64,000 nt of DNA from Thalia democratica (lineage: Eukaryota), in NCBI GenBank assembly GCA_965202585.1, contig OZ241828.1:46004001-46068000 (forward strand). The letters run 5' to 3'. The notes under the pieces were generated by a model. The model worked only from the letters and a program-made list of their open reading frames with translations. It made no database searches and was not told where the DNA came from. Shown here in pieces: positions 25,270 to 38,100 of the stretch (positions are counted from its first letter, which is position 1; every line of letters begins with the position of its first letter). A program made the translations under genes and the position numbers.

Positions 25270-25700
25270 AAAACTAAGAATAACGAGTGTAAAAATTGTA
25301 ACTGTCGTAAGTCGAATAAAACAAATTGCCCGTTACAAAGTAACTGCTTCATAAAAGTTGTCGTATATAATAAAAGTGTCAAATGTAATTTTACTGATGA
25401 CAAAAATAAAAGTAATATAAAAGATAGAACTTATATCGGTTCGACAGGAGGTCAGTTTAAAGATAAGTAAACTGGACATAAGTATACTTTTAAGCATGTA
25501 AGTAAAAAAAAACAGCACAAGGTTGTCAGATTTTGTTTGGCAGTATTTTGACAGGTATGATACTAAACTAGAAATGGGACACCCTTTACCACGCCAAAAG
25601 CAACATCAGTGGCGCGAGTAAGATCTGCCAAATATGCAACCTTTAACGAATGGCAATTGCAGCAGAAGATAGCAAACAATTACTAAACAAAAGAATCAAT
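25270..25700 (+). mobile_element. Penelope-like GIY-YIG relic
   Basis: Broken frames give KNCNCRKSNKTNCPL...TYIGSTGGQFKDK*TGHKYTFKH...STRLSDFVWQ, similar to the GIY-YIG segments at ~37300-37610 and ~50880-51200. Confidence 0.6.
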
Positions 25701-25707
25701 TTCAAAT

Positions 25708-26004
25708 GGGAACGGGTTAAATATGCACAAAGACACTTTTGCACAGAGGGTAAAACATGCGCAAAGATAGTTTTGCACTAATATGGACATTTTTGCATGA
25801 ATAAATTTTGCACCAGTGTCAATTTGGCACGAGTATATGTAAAATTGATAATATCAAGTAAAAAATAAAAAAACAAATAAATACCGACCAAGGGTAAGAG
25901 TTAGGTGTAGCAGTGATAGTAAAAATTTAAAAGAATAAATTAATAAATAAAAAAAAGCTTCAACCCGTGCAAAATTGTCCCTTCGTGCATTTTGAAATCT
26001 ACCC
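25708..26004. mobile_element. MULE-like MITE, 9-bp TSD
   Basis: GGGAACGGG...CTACCC. Flanks ATTTCAAAT and ACTTCAAAC match at 7/9. Confidence 0.65.
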
Positions 26005-28983
26005 ACTTCAAACAATTGTGTACACAACCGACGGTTATTCTTCAAATAATATCTTGGCGCTTTCTCACCTTTAAATTTTTTCACATGAACAAACACACTC
26101 ACTTTAAATATATTGTTATAATTGTAGGTATACCCTAAGTTAATACATCTTCATTTGTAATTTAACACATTAAAATTTATACATGTCACCTTTTATTCTC
26201 CAATATGTTTTTTCTTATGCTCAATTCTACTTTTCATGTTTATTCATGTGTTAAGTTCCAAATTTAATAAGAAATCTGCATCAAATCATAGATTAACCGT
26301 GCTTTTTTACCTACTACACACATTAGATCGGCGAGAGGTTTTTGACTGCAGTTTTATGCTTAGCACACAAACACCTTGTTGTTTTCAATTTAAGTTATAC
26401 TTAAATTCGTAACTTATTATAGATTCAAAATAACTGTAAAAAATCCGTTTAGTTATAATACCCTACTGATTTAGTCTAAAGTTATTTAGATTAAAGTGAT
26501 TAGTAACTATCTTTCTTACTATGTAATGATATGCATTTTAAGTTGCGGTGTTTTTGGGCAAGTGGTTATGACTTATTTACAAGTCAAAATTTTGAATACT
26601 AAACAACAATTTTGTGCTTTAGTGCCTCTTTGAACTGAATGTGTATAATTTATATTTTTATTAACATTTTCAAATTGTGTTTTACTTTACTTTTATTATA
26701 ATTTAAATTTAATCATTACTTATGTTACATTGATTTATATGACCCCAAGTTTATATAGCTTAAAACATCTTGGATTAAATTATACAGCATTTGTAGTACT
26801 TTAATTTGTTCATTAATTCATTAGTTAATACTAAATATTAGTCTGCTATTGTACTTTATAAAAACAAATAAGGTCTTTTACTAAACACAATTATACTTCA
26901 ACAATTTTCTTCAATGTGTTACAAAATAAAGAAAATGTTTAAGTTTAAGACTTATAATTGCATCAGAAATTAGTCAATCAAGCAAAACAAAAAAGTAATC
27001 AAAATTTTAAATAAACAAATTAAACATAACATAAGAGCTCTAATTAACTAAACAAGGATAACGAATAATCAAATTCTTTCTGTTCACATAATTTTCGTTT
27101 AATTACATTCATTAAACAATTGTAAAAACTAATTAAAATTGTTGAAATATATTTGTGTTTAGTAAAAGACCTTCTTTGTTTTCATTAGTTAATGTTTTTG
27201 GTTTTACTACTTGTCGTTTACAAAAGGAGGATACAATAAAATAACTTCGTAATTTACTATGTGATAATCTTAGTGATAATTAGATTATTCAAAAATTGTC
27301 AAAACTGTCAAAGCTCTGTTTTATTCAGTGCCCGGCTGTGTTTTTTTACTGGACATTAAAACAAAGTGTCTGGCTTACAATGCAATGTAAATGCATTTTT
27401 AATTGTTTTGGTTTTTGAAGATAAATTGTGACGTAATTATTAGTCAAGTTTTCGTATACTTAAGAACCGTCTAGTTTTGTGCCTTAGTATCTGTTGGACT
27501 TGCATGTAAGTACTTAATTTTTTGATTTGTTACTTTGATCTCATGATCGAATTGGTATGATCAAACCTTGTAAACTTGAGCTTGTTTTTAAAAATGTATA
27601 TAAGTTTTTTAGATATGGTTTCTTAAATATAGATAGGTAGAATTTGAGTTGTCATGCAACCTTGCTTTATTATTATTATCTTTTTATGAAACTTGTGGCT
27701 CAAAATAATTTTAATTGTTTGTTATAACTATTTTAAATAACTGCGGCTCACGATCAACTTTTCCTATAAAAATAGATCCACTACTTATAAAAGGCTGCCG
27801 AACCCTTGCTAGTGCATGAAACAGAGTGTATTTTTGAAAACGTTAATTGTTTTAATATCTAATGTCTCCTACTAGTAGAGCTCTCACTAAGAATATATCA
27901 AACTTTATAAACTCATACGTAAAACGACCCACAAAAGTCTACGTCGAACGATTTTAGCCCGTTTTACTAAATGTTTCTGGCTCACCGAACAGAGAATTTT
28001 TCCAACCCTACTACAGATTATTTGAAAAGTAAAGAAAAATAAACTTATTTAATAATTTAAAACTAAAATTATCTAGTACATAAGCATAAAAAGTAAAAAT
28101 TGGTATGCCATGTAAAGAAGAAACATAAATTAATATGAATCAATCAACATGCTTTTTTTACGACTTTTATTAAACTTTTTTTTTAAATTTTAATACCGAA
28201 CTCATTTTCAAAAATAACATTCGGACGGATCCGGAAGATCACTAGTTAAAATTATTTAGAAGTTAGTTTATGAAATTCTGTAAACTAGTCTCTGTTTATC
28301 TATTATAAGGCAAGTATACATAAAACTCTGTTTCAAAATTATTAAATGGCAAACCAGTTTTAATAGCGCTTAAAGTACTCAAACTAAAGGTCACAAAAAA
28401 CTTCACTAGGATTAGTTATTTTAAATTAAATACAAAATCATTGCACCAAATACACATTTTATTGAAAGGTGATATAACTTTAATTAAAATGTACAAAAAA
28501 TCAATACGTTTTCTTAACTTTATGTTTAAAATAAATAGTGATGTAGGTTTTTTAAAAACTAAACTAACTCTATTAAATCAAAACAAGAGTTTTTAAGGAC
28601 TATATTTAAAAATTTGTTAAGCATAATCGACTATACTTTATGTCGTGTACGGAATGTAGCTTTGTTTTTATAATTATAAAATAAAGATACAGATAAAACA
28701 TTCGTCAATTATATCCCGAACACTTGTTTTGTTTAAAATATTTAAATGCAATTTTTGACCATAAAAGTAATCACAGCTATTGTTTAAGTAAATTTTGCTC
28801 GGTTTTACAGAAGTGCAATGATTAATAAAATTGTTTTTTGAGTTTAATTTAAAACTGTTCTTTGAAGTTTGGCAAACAAGTTTCAACTATTTAAAGTCGT
28901 ATAAAACTATTTCTATAAATACAATAAATACTAAATAGTTTTAAATCCTTACAACTTTTTGTCATAAGTAATTAAATGAAAAA

Positions 28984-29171
28984 TTAAAATGCTCTTCCTA
29001 GCAACGTGTACTTCTGATCACCAGAACAACTTTCAATATCTGTAGGGATCGCAGGATAAATATCTTTACTAACTTTGTAATTTTGAGGTGATTTTGCAAA
29101 TCCAAGTTTGCTGTACATATCTAGATTTTGACTCGAGGATGAATTAATTATTACGTGGACACCATTAGAAT
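28984..29171 (-). CDS. OGA: OGA terminal exon (NSNGVHVI...YSKLGF...LLGRAF*)
   Basis: Acceptor ttgttttag, phase 1, TAA at 28984-28986. Matches human GSRGAF...YSKLGCF...LGRSL*. Confidence 0.9.
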
Positions 29172-32100
29172 CTAAAACAATTAAGTTAAAAAGTGGTAAA
29201 CAAAATTAAAATAATAAATTTTCACAACTTTATTTAAATAAAAAACAAATACTCATTTTTTAGTCTTAATAAACTAATTTGTAATTTTTATAAAATCTTG
29301 TAGAATTTTTTAATTTCTAACAGTAAAACAGTCGCACAACGTTTATAATAAAAAATCTAACATTTCAAGTGCTGAGTAATCTTGAGTTATCTCGTTTGAC
29401 TTTCTTTTTTTCAAAATTAATTTAATTATCATAATATTTATCAATTAAAACTATGGCATTTCTTTTTCAATTACAAGTTAGCTTTTATAATGCGGCCAAA
29501 AGAAAATTTTAAACTTTTTAAAATATGAATAATTTTGATGACTAAGAATAAAAATTTTCTAAGTTTTATTTTATCATTATAGTCGTGATTAGTTAGACCA
29601 CCTAATACGGTTTTTTCAATTTTAAATAATTTTTGAAATAGGCATCTTGAAATCTTGAAAAATTTTCGTAATTTTAATTATCATATAACCCATTAAAACT
29701 GGTACGTTTTATAACTCTATCTAAATTAGGTGTGTAAAAATGTATTTTCGGTACTTATTAAAAAGTTTTTTAATACTATACACTAAAAAATACATATAAT
29801 AGTAGTTTTTGATAGAATAAATTTAATTTTTATTTAGTTCAATATTTTTTTCTTCAGCGATAAACTATGAACACTTTTTCAGAACTTTTTAAACTATTTT
29901 TACAGATATCTTGTTATAATTAATTATAAAAGTAAACATAATTAATCAAGATAATCTTAAAATGTTTAAAATTTTTAATGTACTTACCAAAGCAAAACGA
30001 AATAAGTTAAAACACAACAGTACTTAAAAACGTTGTTATTATATTTAAACGATATAGTTTAAATTCAACCTTAAATTTTACAAACTATACATTTAAATAT
30101 ACTTCAAACATATTATCTTTAAGCGATCTGTTATTCCATATTGTTATATCTTTTTATCACACAAATGTATACTCTACACTAGGGGTGGGTAACGTACGGC
30201 CCGACAACATATACCTCTGGCCCGCAACATATTTTATAGCTTGAAAGATATTTAACAAATTAAATAAATTTGAGTAGTTTAGTGAAAAATATTTTAAATT
30301 TTGGTTAGAATTTAATTTTTAGAAGACAGTAGTACTTCTAAAAAATATTCAATGCAAATTTACTTTGAAGAATTCTTTTTATAAATTAATTAAACTAATT
30401 TCAAAAATTAAGTGAACTGTTAAGATTTTTTTTACGAAGTCCGGCCTGCAAAAGAGTTTTTTGTAGAAGTTCTGATTGTCCATACATATATTGTCTACCC
30501 CTACTCTAAACTATACGTATGCATGTTTTTTAAATTCAGATATCGTTTGCATATTAGGCTGTGAAACTTGTCAATCGTAATAAAGTTAGTAGAGGAATGC
30601 CAATTTTCTGTTGGTTTCAATTTATAACTCTACTTAAAATTGCAATTTTGACAATGTACTCGTCAGAAAGCATGTTGGTAAATTCTATAATTCTTGACAT
30701 TTAGCCGGTTTTTGCCATTTAGCCTTGAGAAAGTCCGTTTAAAAAAATATATATGTAAGTATAGTTTAAAAAAAAGGTATTATTAAACTTACTGTGTGAT
30801 TTAAGAGCTGAAAGCACGCAGACCATAAGATTTTTTACAATGTTTTGATGGTTCGATTTAGGTTTAATAGTAAGAGTTAGTAAAGAAGGATATTGTGCCA
30901 TCAAGTGTTCGTCACCATAACTATCAAAAATACTACCTTCCATATATAACAGTTTAATAGCTTTCTGAATAAAAACAATAAAATGTGAATAAATTAGTTA
31001 TACATCAATTTATAAAAACTACAGTTTAAAAACAAACAAAAATATTTATAGAAGTTGAAAAATTAAAGTTTTACAAATACTTCTAACTTTAAATGTAAAT
31101 ACACTTTTATTTAAATATATTTATTTACTAGTAGTACAAATAGATAAAATTATACGCAACAAAAATGTTCGTTTCCTCGATATTTTAAATTATTAATACG
31201 AATTGAAATTCTTTATGGTGACAAAGTTTTCACATATATTTTATACTTATTTCTTTCATGTACACATTGTTGTTTAATTATAAATCAAACAACAAAAATT
31301 TACTATATGGTAATAACTAAATACTACAAAATAAATAACATATAATAGTATAATACAGAATACTTTAACAGCTGAAGATACTGATTTATCTTCTTTTTCA
31401 GATAATTCTGGATATTTAAGTTTTATTTCTGGTAGGTAACACAGTTCGTACTTGGTCCAAAACTTTTTACTATTTAAACAAGCGGATAAATAACCGCAAA
31501 TATCACCATTTTCATCTTCGACAACAAAAGTGTACTCAGGTGATAATTGAATAATTGCTCCAAGAAGTCTAAAATAATCTATAATTGTGCATACTGAAAT
31601 TTTAAAGATTTATGTTAAACAGTAATAAGACTTAAAAATAGGATGAAGGTATATACATAACAAGGACGTAGTTTAGTTTAAATTAAGTTATTAATTCATG
31701 CATTTGTCTATTAACACTATTTAAATTTTTGAAAGTAGATTTAACATAAAAAGTAACGCTAATGTCTAGAAGTTTACTAAGAGATCAATGTAATCAGTTG
31801 TATATTTCTACTTTCGATTATATGAAATGTGCCTTAATTCGGTTTTCACTACACAGATGCTTATCAAATAATCATTTAATTGCAAATTTCTTTCAAGTTT
31901 TTTTTTTCATAAGATTTTTCTTAAAAATTATGTGGTCATATTTTTATACTAGCTACGAAACGAAAGATTTAAGTTTTTTGTCTTAAGAATTAGACAGCTC
32001 CCTTTTTAATGGTTTTTATTTAAATCTTAGCAAGCTGTCCAGTTATTCTTAAAAAAGGGCAGACTACTATCTTAGTAATCATATTAATTGTGTTTAAGAA

Positions 32101-35100
32101 TTGAATTTGATTTTTTTCTATGCGTTTTTAATTCATTTCCTCTTACTAAGAACTCAGCTAATAATTTATGGAGAAGTTACGCTTTTTACTTGGTTAAGAA
32201 TAAAACATTGCATTTACTATAGTGAAAAATGATTTTAAAAAAATTGCTTGTAACTAAATATAAATTTAAGCACAACATTATGACATACACTTGTTATCTT
32301 ATTAATTAATAAAGTAAAATCACTAGTAAGTTTTAAGTTAAAGATGACAAAATAAAATTTTATATAGCTACGTAGTTGAATTGAAACTACTGTTTAAAAA
32401 AAATTGTAGCAAAGTACTAAGTTATGTCGTTGGTACATAAAAACAATATAATTCTACTAAAAATATATTTTTTTTTTAAATAATAAGCAGAGTAATGAAA
32501 GCTATAGTTTTTAATCTATGATAAATATTTTAATTAACAGTATTAATTAATAGTAGTCACTAAACTATACTTTACAAATAAAAAAAAAGTTTTTAAACTT
32601 CACTCTGAAACATTTATAATTATGTGGCTATTATAAAATAACTAACAAGTCACCAGGTAGTTGTTTGTGATTAATGAAAGCTTTACGAAGGTCATCATTC
32701 AATGATGTATAGCAAACTTCTGTTAATAAACTCTGTAATTAAAACAAGTTTTAACCTTAAGGAAAAAGTAAAATGCTACAACGTACGCATTAGTAGACTA
32801 CTTATCATAATAAAAATGTCGCTAAGGGTAAAATTTTTATGATACAAAACAATATGCGAAAGTGCTAAGTAAAGTAAAGAAAAAATCTAAAAACTAAATA
32901 AAAAACACAATTAGTACATATTTATATCAAAAATAATTGTAGATATAGTAGCAAACAGTTATTAAGGAAAACTTTATAACAAAAATAGTGAAAACAAATA
33001 TACTTTCCGACATTAAATAAGTTGAGCATTTTTTAGTAAACTTTTTGAGTTTAATGTAAAACATTACTTTGATAGAAAATGATTAAACTTTATTAAACAC
33101 TGTACTTAAGTGATAGAATAAGTTAAAATTACTTAGTGAATAAAGACTTTAAAAGTTCAATGTGTTATGATACACACACAAATAAGATTTAAACTAATTG
33201 AAAACTTTAACTTGGTTAAACATAATGAAGTAAAAATGTGCTAGTTAGCTAATTTTTAATAAAATGTTTTGTTTTGGTACTGATTTTTATAAGAAAGTTT
33301 ATACACGAGTTACTCATTTTGAAAGTTCGAAAAGTGTATTAATACTATTTAGCACCCAACAGAATAAATTTTCTTAAAGCTAAAATAAGTATAGTATTAA
33401 TTTTAATTGAGTAAATTTTTTTTTTGAGTAGTTAGTTAAAAATAGTTACGTCGTATAGAGTTAAACATAAATAGCCTGTGTAAAGATTTAACTTTAGATT
33501 GTATAACTCTTTATTGATTTAAAATTATGTTTAAGATAGTATTAACGGAATAAAAACTTTTAAGATTATAGAAAACTTAACACTGAACTAAAAAAAAAGT
33601 TGAATAACAAAACTATTTGAATAAGAATTGAAAATGTTTTTCAATAAACGAAAGTTTCCTTGCTTAGTGCTTTTGTTTTAAAAAATTAAGACAGTTATTT
33701 TAATTAATTCTTAAAACAATTTTTATTTACACATTTTATTTATTTTAACTCTTTACGACGTTACTATTTAAACTAAATATTCAAAAAAAAAAAATACTTT
33801 ACTAGAGTATACACTATACTAATATTATTTTGGGAAACTTTTTTCTCTTAAGTGCAAACCAAAATTAACTAAAAAAATTCGAACTTTTAACATGAGCGAT
33901 TCATATATAAATTCACAAGTACTTAATCTTGTTGCTTTACCATTTATATTTACTGAGTATTTAGATAAGCCGTTGTTCTTTAATTATTATCGATTTCAGC
34001 CCTAATTTTCTAATTAGCAAATTTTTACTTTTTTGTTAACTATAACCACGTTAAAATTTAGTATCTGATTAAATCTAATTTGTGTACGTTATAATACTTT
34101 AAAATTACTCCTTTAAATCTTTATTCTGTAAGTAAATTTTATTTCATACTATCGTCTGATTCTGACACAAAAATTTTTATATTGAAAATGTCTGTGTGAT
34201 ATATAAATTGCAAAATAAAGTAAATGAGTAATTTCTGCTTCTATATTTTATGCTGCAAATGGTATTTTATTAAAAATTGATGTGAAGTTTAATAACTGTT
34301 TCCTCAAACTAATATACTTTGAGGTTAGTTTAATAAATAACTTTTAACACATTTTTCTTTGTTTTTTATACTAAACCTTTTAAAATCAAAAACTTGCTTT
34401 ATATTGATAACAGGGGCGTAGCGTGGGGAGGGACACTGGCGCATGCGTGCCACCCAAAAAAGAAAAATGTAAAAAAAAAATGTAATATCTTTATCCTTTA
34501 TAGTTTGTTTTTTCTGCTTAATTTGCCTTTTTTAAACTATGTTTATCTAGTATTCAAAAAGTTAAACAAAATTTTGAATACCAATTAGTGACAAGTTAGG
34601 AAAGTACATGTTATTACTCAATATACTGATTCGATGCGTAATTGCAAATGCGCACCGATGTTGATGAAAAACTCCATAAGGAAAATTTTTTTAAGTTCAT
34701 TAACTTCATAAGAATTTAGACTCAAATAGTACGCAACTAATATAGCGCACCGCTGTAGTATAACCTTATGGCAGATTATTTTTCTACAAAAAGTTTACAA
34801 AAATACGTCACGCTTAAAGAAAAATTAAACAATTTTAGAATAATTTTTTATGCTACATTGTTAAGACTACTGCTAGTTTTCTGAACTTTATTTTATAAAC
34901 ATACAAGATAAGCGTGTCGGCCTATGAGAAATAAACTTTGTTTTAAATTTTTATTTTAAACAAATACAATCAAATGAATTAAATTTAAAAAGTATACTTT
35001 TAACTATTTTACAAAGTTGTAATAAACTGTAAAAACAGTTATAAAGTTGGTCTATTTTAACTTCTGTGTAACTTTATTAAAATTATGTGCAATGAGGTGT

Positions 35101-38100
35101 TGTTATTACTGTTGTATTGTATATTAAAGAGTTTGATATTTTTTCGTAAATAAAACAGATACTTTCGTTTTATTGAATATATTAATTTTTAAAGATATAA
35201 AGTTTGCTATAAGTTATAAAAAAAAATTATTTAGTAAGTTTACATTTTTGCAAGTATAAGTAATTCTAATGAAATTTATACTTTTATTTAATTATTTAAT
35301 TTTGTAATATATAAATGTTTTTTAAAACAGTTAACAAACTTATTTTACTTAATAAATTTATTTCAATTATATTACTTAAAAAAAGTTTTTTTATAGCTAA
35401 TTACAAAAGTTTTAATTTAGAGGATTTTTTGAGAAAAAAAATTGCGCACCCCTGACCAAAATACCACGCTACGCCACTGATTGATAATACAAAAACAATG
35501 ATAACTCCAAATTGTTTTATTACTAATAACTAAGCAGTACTCTGAAGTATTCTAAGTAAAATTTATACAAACCTCGTCATCGGGAACAAAAGGTCTGACG
35601 ACATACGTGTTTACTTGAGGCTCGATTGGAACCACGTGGCAAAACAAATCAAAGGAAGAATGTACTGGTAATAACCTCTGTAAAATTAGTTTTATTTTAG
35701 TGTAATAATAAAAAACATGTTTAATGTAACATTCGAAAAGTTACAATGTACTTGTATTTCACCAGACAATCCACCTCTGAATACCCATGGTTCTGGGTCT
35801 GGACTTAACCAATCAGTTGTTTGTGTCAAATCTGTTTAAAGTGGTATGCATTTTTAATTAAAGACATTAGATTACAGTACAAAATGTTAATAGAAAATTA
35901 AAGTTATAAAAGGTTAATGGTAAACAAATTTTAAGAACATTGAAGTTAAACAACTTTTAAATAAACTTGTTATGAATAAAGTCTGTTTTCCAAGAAATAT
36001 CTTTCTAATTTCAACATTTAAATCATGAAGTTAAACAAAAGTTAACACGTAAGATTATGTTATATAAATCAAGGACGAAGTTTACTACATTACTGCAAAT
36101 AACAAACTTTCTTTTTATTACGTTTATTATTTTCTATGTGACTTAAACGCTTACTGTCACTTTAAGTTTTAAAATTTTTTGTTCTAACTCTACAACAAAA
36201 AAAGTTGATTTTTAAACCAAATAGTTTATAAACTATGATATAATTTTCAATATTAGGTCCAATATATGCAAACTTTTATTTTTAAAACAAGTAAAATAGA
36301 AAATTCAAAATAACTACATATCAAAAACTTTATTAAAACGAAAAAAATACTTCATGCTCATCCAACAACAGTTTTGTACAAATTGATAAGTAATGCAGTA
36401 AAAATACAGTGACCTGCCGCTATTTATACGAGTACTCAGTAAGTTTGAACACAAGGAAAATGTGCGTACTCAAAATCCTTACTTTATTTACCTACATTAA
36501 ACCTAATAGAAACATTTAAGCTTCACTAAAGTTTACTGATGACTATTGCATAAAATTTCCCAAAACAAAAACATTTAACATAAGAACCTAATAAAAACTT
36601 TCATCATAAAACCAAAACAATTTTTGTTGAAGTTATTAGAATTTGGTGTGATTTTACTATTTATTCACTTAAAAAAGCAATTAGTAAATTCAAAAGAGAA
36701 TATTACATCTGATAAGAATTAGCCAATAGATGTTGGTAGCAATAGTCAAAGTTTAGAAGCTACCAATACTCTTGATAATGAATACACAAAGTCTGTCATT
36801 CTAAAAGGAGAGCTGTCTTCAGCATAGCAGAAATGCAAGTAGCTCCTGGTAAAAATATATGGAAAGCTACAATTAGCTATTAAATACTTTTAAATTATTT
36901 TGAAAACAATTTGCGAACAGCAAAAAGTGTCTGCTAGACCAAAACTACAAGCTATACTAATAGAAATGTTTTCAAGAGTATCAAGTTCAAAAAAAATTTC
37001 AATTGCATTGACTGATTATAATTTTCGTTAAATATCTAAACTTTCATATATTTATAATATAAAAAAACAACTAATTTTCGAATCGTTTACTAAGTTTCAA
37101 TGTTTAGTACATATCTTCAGAACCAAAAATTTTAAAGAATCACACAAAAAAACACATTGTGACGTTTCAAATAAAATTGAATAATTTTAGTTAGCCTATT
37201 CTAAAAACAACTTATGTACAAGTCAACTTATTTTTGCTTTGTTTGTTATTGTTTTTGGTTTTATTTTGTTGTTATTTTTTGTTATTAATTAGTAGTTTTT
37301 GTTCTTTTAAAATACATGTTTTGATTATGGAGGCAGGGTTGCTGCCTTTCTTTTCTTTTATTAATGATAAATCTTTTTTAATTTTTTCAATCTCATACTT
37401 TTCCAAGCAACATAAATGGCATGTTTTGTTGTTTTTCGGTTTTGTTTTGGTTCTGCAGAGTATTTCCCATTTTAAATTATAGTCTTTTTTTGCGTCTTTT
37501 AACTCCCAAATATAGTTCGATAATCCGGTATTGTGCCTTTTTAATTTGTTAGTAAAGCTTGCTTTATGGTTGCTATACCTGTTTTTAAATGTTGTACTAG
37601 TGGAATCCACGTAAAATTTTGTTATATCTTCTGTTTTTATAGTAGCTCAGTAGATTCCATTATTTCATGATTCCTTTATATAATTTTAAACAAAAAAAAT
37701 ATTTTAAAATAAAATACTTTTGTATAACAGCTTTCAAGTAACTCTTTTTTATTTATTTCAAAGTAAAAAAGCACTTTGAACACAAGTTTTTGGCTAAAAA
37801 TTGCGTACTCAACCGGCAGATTACTGAACTTAACAGTTAAGTATTTTTAGAGTGAACAAATTTATTTTGTTTGAGAAATTCAATTTTTTTTTTAATCAAA
37901 ATTTTACTCTTATACATATAAGACTTTGATTAGTTTGCTGGTTTAAAATTTTGTTCACTTCTTTTTACGAAGTTAATGACCAAAAAATTACGGAGCATTT
38001 CATCTAAAAAACTTACATTACATGACTCTTGGAGACAATTTTTTGTATAACAAATTTCCTTATCAATTCTTTATATTACTAACCAAACGGAAACCTTGTA

